NCBI GenBank assembly: GCA_964016885.1
Contig: OZ024741.1
Location: 56,048,001 to 56,112,000 of the forward strand
Direction of reading: 5' to 3'
Length of the DNA: 64,000 nucleotides
From: Eledone cirrhosa
Lineage: Eukaryota
Every line of letters starts with the position of its first letter. Position 1 is the stretch's first letter. The position numbers and the translations under genes are program-made. Positions 54,547 through 64,000 of this stretch are shown one piece after another. The notes under the pieces are model-generated. The model saw only the letters and a list, made by a program, of their open reading frames with translations, was not told the origin of the DNA and did not search any database.

Positions 54547-54913
54547 CAGCATTCACCAACCTTTTGGACCTCACAGACCACTGAATTCATGATTTTAAAT
54601 CCCACGGACCACTAATATGAATTTCTTTTTAAAAGATAACTACATTTGTAAAATAATGATCAGAGAACTTCCATTTTATTAAACAATTCTGAAGCGTACA
54701 TGTGTAATATTGTCGATAGATGATACATGATAAAATTCTTTCATGGTTGTTAGTTCTTTACTGAGAAGAAACATTTTTTAAGGGTGTTATAAAATATATT
54801 TTAACCAAATATTTTCGTTTTATTATTAATAAAACATAAAAATTGCAAATAATGTCCCAATTTTTCTGCAGACCACCAAAATTTTCTCTTGGACAACCAG
54901 TTGGCAATCGCTG
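54547..54913. mobile_element. hAT (Charlie-like) MITE
   Basis: Ends cagcattcaccaacc / agttggcaatcgctg; 8-bp flanks ttctaaag and ttttaaag (7 of 8 match, TSD). Confidence 0.7.
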
Positions 54914-54978
54914 TTTTAAAGAACATTTTCTGATTTGCAGAGAACATTATAATTGTTATTATTATTCTCTCCTCACAG

Positions 54979-55066
54979 CATACAATGGCCATACAGAATG
55001 TCTACGGGTACTGTTACATGCTGCAGAGGATAGTTGCATAGTTGATTGTACAGATGACAACGAAAG
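54979..55066 (+). CDS. ANKRD28: Ankyrin gene, visible exon 9
   Basis: cctcacag|...|gtaagt; encodes (A)YNGHTECLRVLLHAAEDSCIVDCTDDNE(R). Confidence 0.92.
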
Positions 55067-55854
55067 GTAAGTTACTACTACTATTACTACTACTACTACC
55101 ATTACATTACTAGTGGGGTGCTTACAAGAAACCACAACATCTCACAGAGACATCATAAATAAGCCCTCCCCTTAACTTGATTAGAAACTATGCTGTCTCA
55201 GTTACCTACTCTTAAATAACTGGATTGTGATCATGCTCCTTAAATATTCCTTAACCTCTAAACCCTTTCCTGATCATATTCATAATGCAATAGACTGCCT
55301 ATTTCAATTAATTAATGAAGAATTATAAAGTAATTAACTTAAGATATGATTCTTATATAATATAATTATGTTGTTTTTTTCATCTTCACCCACTTATTTC
55401 TGAGAGGGTCGTGGGGGCAGAGTCTTCAAGCACACCTTCCAGCAGGTCTTGTCAGAAGCAGCTGTCTCCAATTGATCCAGCTAGATCCCCACGTGAGACC
55501 AGCTGAGCTCATGGATGTTATCCAAACATCTTGCTCGAGGTCTACCTGTGGGTCTCTTGCCAGTTGGTTTAGCCCATAAAATCTGTTGGAAAAGTAGTGG
55601 CTCTACCTGGAGCAATACTCTGATTGCCTAGCTAAATGCTGCAAAGCATTATGTCTGATGCTCTAATGATTCTGACAATCCATCGCTTGCAACAAAGGCA
55701 CTGAGTGATGAGACCTTACAAAGACATGTTACATAATATATGGAGGATTTACATAAAAATTGAATGATGAAAAAAAAAGACCCAAAGATGTTGTTGTTCT
55801 CATTGTTTAGGGATATGACAGCAGTAAGTTATGTTTACATTGTTTCCCTTTCAG

Positions 55855-55972
55855 AACACCGTTGATGTTAGCTGTTGCCAATGGCCATGTGGATGCTGTG
55901 TTAAATCTAATTACATCAGGTGCTATAGTGAACAACAAGGATATTTATGGACGGACGGCGTTACATCGAGGG
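55855..55972 (+). CDS. ANKRD28: Ankyrin gene, visible exon 10
   Basis: ccctttcag|...|gtcagt; encodes TPLMLAVANGHVDAVLNLITSGAIVNNKDIYGRTALHRG. Confidence 0.92.
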
Positions 55973-56095
55973 GTCAGTTAACAAACCTTTTCTTTTCCAC
56001 TCTTTTTCTGTTAGAAGTTTTCTTCTCTGATGAGTGTGTGCATGTGAAACCATTGCTGATTGTTTATATAATAAATATGTGTGGGTGTGTGTGTA

Positions 56096-58305
56096 TCATC
56101 ATCATCATCATCATCAGCGTTTAACGTCCGTGTTCCACGCTTGCATGGGTTTGGACGGGGGTAGTCCCACTTGAGGCAAGAGTGATTGTCTTGCTCGCAT
56201 AGGACTGTCTGGCAGGTTTTCTACAGTTGGATGCCCTTCCTAACACCAACCACATTTACAGTGTGGGTCTGGGAGGTTTTTACCGTGTTGCCTACACGGC
56301 CACATTACAGCGTGGACTGTGTGTTTTTTTGTCGTGACACCTACACGATCTCATTTGTTTCGGCCTCGATGGCGCGGCACCAACATAACTTTACATAGAA
56401 CGGGGTGGTGTGGATCGGGTGGGGGTGGTGGGACGGGGTGTATTTGTTAGAGATGCCTACTGGCTGGAGTAGGTTTTACTATATATTTAGGTAAGGCGGG
56501 TCTTCTCTGTTACTGAGTACCGCCAAAGGTCTCGGTCCAGTGACATTGTCTTGGAGAGGTGTAAGTGTGTGATGTCGGAGTTTATCAGCTCGTCCCAGGT
56601 TTTTCTAGGTCTGCCTATTCCGTGACTACCGTCTATCTTTATTGCCCTGCACTTTGTTATACAGCTATCGACTTTCATGCGCATCACGTGTCCATACCAA
56701 CGTAGCCTTCTCTCGAGTAAACAACATCTGATCCCTCTTATCTCTAATTTATTCCTTAGTTCGTTTATGCTTTGCCGTTCACGTATATTACTGTTACACA
56801 TCCAGCGGAGCATGCAAGCTTCGTTCCTCTCTAGTCTGCGTATATCCTCTGCACACAATGCCCAGGTCTCACTGCCATGCAGCATTGCTGTTCGTATGCA
56901 GGCATCGTACAACCTGCCTTTCATTTTTAGTGAGAACCCTTTAGCAGCTAATAGTGGTATAAGCTCTCTGAACTTTTTCCAACCAGTTCTGACTCTAGCT
57001 ACAGTACTTTCAGAGCACCCTCCCCCACTGCTGATTTTATCGCCCAGGTAACGGAAGCTGTCCACTATTTCTATAGAACCCTCTGCGCAATTGAAAGAGC
57101 TAGTAGTTTGTGGGCACTTGCTGCTACTTATTGCACCAGAGCACCGGCCACATGTAAAATCTATGTTCTTAGTTAGCCTACCTGTGATCCCACTACATCT
57201 TTTATGCACCCATACTTTGCATTTAGGACATAAAATGGAGTTTCTACCTACGCCTTTCCTACACACCGAGCACGACCATTTCCCAGAAGGGACCGCCGCC
57301 TTGTTTTCTTTCCTACAAACTAGTACTTTGGTCTTAGCCAGGTTAATTTTAAGTCCTTTTGACTCTAGGCCGTGCTTCCATGTTTGGAATTTCTTCTCTA
57401 GCTCGGCCATTGATTCCGCTATGAGTGTCAGGTCGTCTGCGTATAGGAGTTCCCATGGGCAGCCTGTCTTGAACTCCTCTGTTATGGCCTGAAGGGCAAT
57501 AATAAATAGTAGTGGACTGAGAACAGAGCCCTGATGGACGCCGACTTTTACGCTAAACTCTTCACTATATTCGTTGTTAATTCTAACCTTGCTGACTGTT
57601 TCTTTATACATGGCTTGTATAGCCCTCACAAGCCATTCGTCAACGCCTAGTTTTCTAAGAGCCCACCAGATAATGGAGCGGGGGACTCTGTCGAAGGCTT
57701 TCTCCAAGTCGACAAAAGCTAAGTAGAGGGGTTTACCTTTAGCTAGGTACTTCTCTTGTAGTTGTCGTACTATGAAAAGAGCGTCTGTGGTACTTTTGCC
57801 TGACACAAACCCGAACTGCATTTCATCTAGGTCAATTCTCTCTCTGATTAGCTGCGCTATTACTCTTTCCGTGACCTTCATGACCTGGTCGATTAATTTA
57901 ATGCCTCTATAGTTACTCCTATCTAGGGCGTCTCCTTTACCCTTATAACAGTTAACGATGATGCTGCTATGCCAGTCCTTCGGAACAACCCCGTTTTGTA
58001 CGACTTGGTTAACTATGCGGGTGACCATGGTGTGTCCCACCGTGCCAGATGCCTTCAGCATCTCAGCAACTATTTCCGAAGGCCCAGCCGCCTTACCAGT
58101 CTTCATATCCTTGATTGCCTTACTTATTATACTCCCCTCGACTAACACTGCTGGTCCCTCTATTGGGTCGATATGGGGGAGACTGCCTTTCTCCCAATTA
58201 TTCTCCTCATTTAGAAGCCTTTCATAGTGACACTTCCAAGCTACCTTCTTATCAGCGTCGGTGATGGCAAGTGTGCCATCGTCGTTTAGTACACACTTCT
58301 CCCCG

Positions 58306-58307
<2 letters not shown>
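56096..58307 (-). mobile_element. 5'-truncated RTE-clade LINE with uninterrupted RT frame
   Basis: ORF 56487..58427 (element part begins near 58307, after a TA run): NYRGIKL, QFGF, DLEKAFD, YADD; (GAT)n tail near 56096. Confidence 0.95.
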
Positions 58308-58344
<37 letters not shown>

Positions 58345-58451
58345 ATAATAATAAATTTGAAGACTAAAATCCAAAGAGGGCTCGATAAGGATAAATATAT
58401 ATCAAATATATAAGAACCGTAGAGCAAATATTTATTAAAATAACAGATTAA

Positions 58452-58502
58452 AGTTTAAGCAAAGAATCGCTGCTTTCACCCTTAACAGGATCTTCTGAAA
58501 CT
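58452..58502 (-). ncRNA. Hammerhead-like motif, variant core (mirror copy)
   Basis: Reverse complement of 58771-58821 with one stem II substitution. Confidence 0.5.
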
Positions 58503-58770
58503 AACAAAGTCAATCTGTAAACGCAGAAGTGGATATTTCAAAAAACGTTGCAACAGGAAGACGATACTTTGGTTCGTGGAAACGTTCCCACATCAAGACG
58601 TAAAATATTACAGCCTCACGTTATACCCTAATGGATAGTACGATCTATATGTGGATATTTTACGTCTTGATGTGGGAACGTTTCCACGAACCAAAGTATC
58701 GTCTTCCTTCTTCCTCTGGTTGCAACGTTTTTTGAAATATCCACTTCTGCGTTTACAGATTGACTTTGTT

Positions 58771-58821
58771 AGTTTCAGAAGATCCCGTTAAGGGTGAAAG
58801 CAGCGATTCTTTGCTTAAACT
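58771..58821 (+). ncRNA. Hammerhead-like motif, variant core CAGAAGA
   Basis: agttt-CAGAAGA-tccc gttaa gggt-GAAA-gca gcgattctt tgc-TT-aaact. Confidence 0.55.
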
Positions 58822-58837
58822 TTAATCTGTTATTTTA

Positions 58838-58873
<36 letters not shown>

Positions 58874-59154
58874 TCATTGAGAGGAGACAAGTAGATACAT
58901 ACAAAATATACGGTGGAGGGGTGCTTCAACCAGATTCATCACAAAAAAGGAACACCAGTAGAAATTCTTCTGGCTGAGTAAGAATAATGGGGATGGTTGG
59001 AGTAGGTATACTCCTAGTTGAGAGATGGGTAGACCAGGTAATTGAAGTAGTCATAGTGTGTGATAGAATATGGTGCATGTGATTCTTTTTATTAGCAACA
59101 CTGGCAACATGATCATCCCCAAATATAACAATATATGTATGTATGCATGCATAT

Positions 59155-59624
59155 ATCATCATCATCATCAACGTTTAACGTCCGTGTTCCACGCTTGCAT
59201 GGGTTTGGACGGGGGTAGTCCCACTTGAGGCAAGAGTGATTGTCTTGCTCGCATAGGACTGTCTGGTGGGTTTTCTACAGTTGGATGCCCTTCCTAACAC
59301 CAACCACATTTACAGTGTGGGTCTGGGAGGTTTTTACCGTGTTGCCTACACGGCCACATTACAGCGTGGACTGTGTGTTTTTTTGTCGTGACACCTACAC
59401 AATCTCATTTGTTTCGGCCTGGATGGCGCGGCACCAACATAACTTTACATAGAACGGGATGGGGTGGGGGTGGTGGTGGTGGTGGGACGGGGTGTATTTT
59501 GTTAGAGATGCCTACTGGCTGGAGTAGGTTTTACTATATATTTAGGTAAGGCGGGTCTTCTCTGTTACTGAGTACCGCCAAAGGTCTCGGTCCAGTGACA
59601 TTGTCTTGGAGAGGTGTAAGTGTG
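59155..59624 (-). mobile_element. RTE 3' fragment
   Basis: Near-identical to 56096-56570. Confidence 0.9.
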
Positions 59625-59637
59625 TATATATATATAT

Positions 59638-59974
59638 AGGAGGCACATTGCTTAGTGGTTAGAGCATTGGCCTTGCAATCGAAAGGTTGTAAGTTCAATT
59701 CTCAGATCGGGTGATGTGTTGTTTCCTTGAGCAAGACACTTTATTTCACATTGATCCAGTTTACTCAGCTGTAGAAATGAGATGATAGGGACTGGGGTCC
59801 CTATCATTCCACTGTAAAGTGGACGTGTAGGTGCCACGGAAAAACAAGCACCCACCGCTCACTGTAAATGAGGTTGTTGTTAGAAAGGACATCCAGCTGT
59901 AGAAATCTAGCCAGAATCAGTTCCCGTCCCGCCCTAGCAAGCAGGGAAAAGTGGACGTAAAATGATGATGATGA
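59638..59974 (+). mobile_element. SINE family A
   Basis: Full copy; TA-flanked. Confidence 0.85.
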
Positions 59975-59977
59975 TAT

Positions 59978-60325
59978 ATTCATTTCATTCATTTCATTTC
60001 ATTTTACATCCGCTTTTCCCTGCTTGCAAGGGTGGGACAGGAACTGATTCTGACTTGATTTCTACAGCTGGATGCCCTTCCTAACACCAACCTCATTTAC
60101 AGTGAGTGCTGGGTGCTTTTTTTCCGTGGCGCCTACACATCCACTTTGCAGTGGAATAATATGGACCCCAGTCCCTATCATCTCATTTCTACAGTTGAGT
60201 AAACTGGAGCAATGTGAAATAAAGTGTCTTGCTCAAGGAAACAACACATCACCCGGTCTGAGAATTGAACTCACAACCTTTCGATTGCAAGGCCAATGCT
60301 CTAACCACTAAGCCATGTGCCTCCA
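59978..60325 (-). mobile_element. SINE family A
   Basis: Full copy, tail-to-tail with 59638-59974. Confidence 0.85.
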
Positions 60326-60586
60326 TATAGATATATATCAACTAGAAATTGATTGACATATATATATATCTAAAATAAACATATGAAACAATCACAGGGA
60401 ATAATTTGTAAAAGTGTGTAAGCACACATAGCTATGTAGGTAACTACTTAAAGTTTAACTAGAACTTTAAAAATAGATACCTTATAAAATGCTCGGATTG
60501 ATTTATTGGAATCTTGGAGCATATTCTACAGTGGATATGGCGCATGTCTCTCTGACATGACACCCTTAAATTAATTTAATTTAATT

Positions 60587-60620
<34 letters not shown>

Positions 60621-60624
<4 letters not shown>

Positions 60625-62768
60625 TCATCATCATCATCATACGTCCGCTTTTCCCTGCTTTCAAGGGTGCGACGGGTCTTATTCAGCAAAGTATCTCTCC
60701 ACTCATCACGGTCCTTCGTCATCTCCACCATGAGCTTCAATGATCTGAGGTCTGTTCTCACCACCTCCGCCCATGTTCTTCGTGGTCTACCTCTACCACG
60801 TCTTCCTTCAACTGGCATTTCCTGGCACTTCTTCACCCATCGGTCATCCTCCATGCGCATCACATGTCCATACCACCTCAGAGTCCTCTCCCACACACTA
60901 CATTCTATCCCTCTCAGACACAGTTTCTCTCTCAACACATTTATGCTGGGTCGTTCACGCACATTTACACTGCACATCCAACGGAGCATGCTTGCCTCAT
61001 TTCTCTCCAGCCATCACATATCCTCTGCAGTTGCTGCCCATGTCTCACTACCATGCAGCATCGCGCTCCTCACACAGGCATCATACAACCGGCCTTTCGT
61101 ACGCAGGGAGAAACCCTTCTTCGCCAACCCGTCCTTATTCTAGATACTATGGCCTCGGAACACCCTCCTCCCATGCTAATCTGATCTCCTAGGTACCGGA
61201 AGCTATCCACCACTTCTATAGCGCCCTCCTGCATCTGAAAAATGTGTCTATCAATGCGACTTCTACTGTCTAATTTCCCTGTACATCTACTGCATACATA
61301 TTTCTCCCTACCTGTTAGTTTGCCTGCTATCCCGCTACATCTCTTGTGTACCCAGGATCTGCATTGTGTGCATTTTATAGAATTTATGCCAGTTCCTTTT
61401 CTGCATATCGAACATGGCCATTTCCCTGACGGAATCAGGGTTTTGTCCTCTTTTCTACTCATCAACACTTTTGTCTTAGCTATATTCACTCTCAGTCCTC
61501 TTGCTTCCAACTGCTGTTTCCATAGCCAGAATTTATTCTCTAGCTCCTCTACTGATTCTGCTATAAGAACCAGATCGTCAGCATAGAGAAGTTCCCATGG
61601 ACAGCCAGTCTTAAACTCCTCTGTTATGGCTTGGAGGACTATAATGAACAAGAGCGGGCTGAGGACCGAACCCTGATGTACTCCTACTTGTATCTGGAAT
61701 TCCTCACTAAACTCCATTCCTACCCTGACTTTACTGAGAGTACCTCTGTACAAAGTTTGCACTGTCCTCACAAGCTATTCCTCAACACCTAGCTTCCTTA
61801 GGGACCACCAGATGACAGATCGGGGTACCCTATCAAAGGCCTTCTCTAGGTCAACAAAGGCTAAGTATAGTGGCTTATTCTTCTCTAAGAACCTCTCTTG
61901 GAATTGTCTCACCAAGAAGAGGGCATCTGTTGTACTCTTCCCAGGCACAAAACCAAACTGCATCTCATCTAGTTTGACCCTCTCTCTAATTAGTTGTGCT
62001 AAAATCCTTTCTGCCACTTTCATAACCTCATCTATCAGTTTTATACCCCTATAATTGCTTCTCTCCAGAGCATCCCCTTTACCTTTGTAGCAATTTATGA
62101 GAATACTGGTGCACCAGTCTTTAGGTATGACACCACCATATATAGCCTGATTGATGATGTGTGCAACCAGTTTAGTGCCTACGTCCCCTGATGCCTTCAG
62201 CATCTCAGCAACTATTCCCGATGGTCCGGCAGCCTTACCATTTTTCATTTCCCTAATCGCCTCTTGGACCCTATATTCGTCAATCTCAATAGCTGGTCCC
62301 TCTGTCGGATCTACCAAGGGTAATTTCTCTCTCTCCCATTTGTTCTCCACATTCATCAGCCTCTCATAATGACATTTCCAGGCCTCCTTTTTCTGATCAT
62401 TCGTGACACTAAGTAGACCGGCATCATCCCGGACACATTTATCTCCAACAACATCCTGATTTGCATTGACACACTGCCTTGCAATGTGGAACACCACACG
62501 CCTCTGATCTTCCCGTCACAGAACATTGGCAAACCTCCTACTCACTGCCTCCCTGCGTGCTAAGTACACCTGACGTCTAGCTTCTCTCTTAGTGGCTGTA
62601 TATTCTTCCCTACTCCCACCCTTTTTCCAAGCCTTCCATGCTAGTCTTTTGTCTCTAATAGTCTTATCTACTGTGCTGTTCCACCACCAGATCACTCTCT
62701 GTCTGGTTGGAGCTCTGCTCCAGCCACAAGTTTCATCAGTAGCCTGCAGCAAGTTGTCACGTAAGAAA
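60621..62768 (-). mobile_element. 5'-truncated, disrupted RTE-clade LINE (distinct subfamily)
   Basis: ORF pieces 62516-62815, 61775-62497, 61070-61771 and 60576-60989 carry RT motifs separated by stops/frameshifts; (GAT)n tail. Confidence 0.93.
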
Positions 62769-62921
62769 TATATATATATCATCATATATATATATATATA
62801 TATAATCATCATCATTATATATATATGTATGGATTGGCAGTATCAGTAGAGAGTCGGACGCCATGCTTTCCAGCATAGTTACGTCCCTTTACGGTCTGAG
62901 TTCAAATCCCGCCGAGATTAA

Positions 62922-64000
62922 CTTTGCCTGAATCTGCGAGCTACCAAGCACCCACGTGAAGCGCCAACCCAGAGACCCTCCCCTACGAGTGTCGACAAAT
63001 GCCCAAAACTCCGAGTTGGTACCATCAATGTAGGCTCAATGAAAGGAAGAGCAGGAGAAATCGTAGAAATGCTAGAGCGAAAGGAAGTTGATGTATGCTG
63101 TGTGCAAGAGACTAGATGGAGAGGAGGGTCTGCTAGAGTCCTTGTAGGAAAAAGCCAGTGCTACAAATTTTTCTGGGTGGGAAATGACGATGGGATGGGT
63201 GGTGTAGGTATACTATTAGCTGACAAGTGGGTAGATAAAGTAATCTCAGTGTACAGGGTAAATGCAAGAATCATTAAACTCAGACTAGTCCTGAATAAGA
63301 CAATTACCACAATAATATCAGCTTACGCACCCCAATCGGGGCTGCCAGACGAACTTAAGGATAGGTTTTACGAGTCCCTAATACACACTACTGCTCTAAC
63401 AGACGACAAGGACTTCCTAATCATTGCAGGAGATTTTAACGGACACGTAGGTAAACACTGCGACGGCTTCAATAGAGTACATGGAGGCCATGGAGTTGGC
63501 ACAAGGAATGAGGAAGGATTCAGACTTCTAGAATTCTGCGACGCCAATGACATGTCGATATGTAACACAAACTTTAAAAAACCCGACAACCACCTGATCA
63601 CCTATAGATCAGGGGAGCACTCTAGTCAGTTAGATTTTATCCTCATCAGAGGACGTGACAGATGGACGGTCGTAAACACAAAAGCCTTCCCTAGTGAGGA
63701 ATGTACATCCCAACATAGCTTAGTTGTCAGCGACCTCACGGTCAGAACTAGACGAGCCCTGAAACAGAGGCCAGCCTGGAGAAGAAAGATCTGGAAGCTG
63801 AAAGTCCCCTCAACCAGTAACAGATTTAAAGATATTTTACTCAACGCCTACGACAGTAAAGAAGAACAGATAGAGACATTTAACGTAGAAGAGAACTGGG
63901 AGTTCCTAAAAAATAACTTACTAGAGGCGACGGATGAGGTTTGTGGCTGGAGTAAGACCTCAAGCAGGAGGAGAGTGACTTGGTGGTGGAACAATAAGGT
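62922..64000 (+). CDS. RTE-clade LINE ORF, AP-endonuclease domain, open to the window end
   Basis: Manual translation, open from 62922 (after TAA 62919-62921): LRVGTINVGSM, CVQETRW, SAYAPQ, IAGDFNGHVG, QLDFIL, TSQHSLV, VTWWWN; first in-frame ATG at 63039. Confidence 0.92.

Larger units (their letters stand above)
58428..58845. mobile_element. Fold-back element with ~180-bp inverted arms, possibly Penelope pseudo-LTR derived
   Basis: About 58428-58607 is the near-perfect reverse complement of about 58655-58845; next to (TA)n; a single-arm copy lies at about 27501-27660. Confidence 0.75.

Noticed and set aside
55811-55823. Possible 13-nt microexon (ag|ggatatgacagca|gtaagt)
   Set aside because: It is frame-shifting and leaves only a 31-nt intron before exon 10; exons 9 and 10 already join correctly
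58308-58427. N-terminus of the 646-aa ORF
   Set aside because: Read-through of flanking DNA and (TA)n; the element is 5'-truncated and lacks its endonuclease

Overview
AT-rich, microsatellite-dense animal genomic DNA; the repeat landscape suggests an octopus/cephalopod (inference). Ten GT-AG exons on the + strand (317-55972, gene incomplete at both ends) splice in frame into an ankyrin-repeat protein of the PP6 regulatory ANKRD28/44/52 family. The intron between exons 5 and 6 is about 40 kb. The introns are filled with RTE-clade LINEs (with a PHD finger inside the RT), one broken CR1-clade LINE, R4/Dong, Penelope, mariner and Helitron remnants, MITEs, and two tRNA-derived SINE families. The main unexplained signals are: (i) at least six type I hammerhead-ribozyme folds in small (TA)n-embedded elements, several of them fold-backs, with one family carrying a CAGAAGA core; (ii) a 105-bp inverted-repeat element holding an inverted copy of the intron just downstream of exon 5; (iii) an in-frame candidate cassette exon and a candidate alternative last exon in the large intron; (iv) an RTE with an open endonuclease frame fused behind a SINE Pol III head. 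All alignments and folds were read by eye; nothing was searched or computed.
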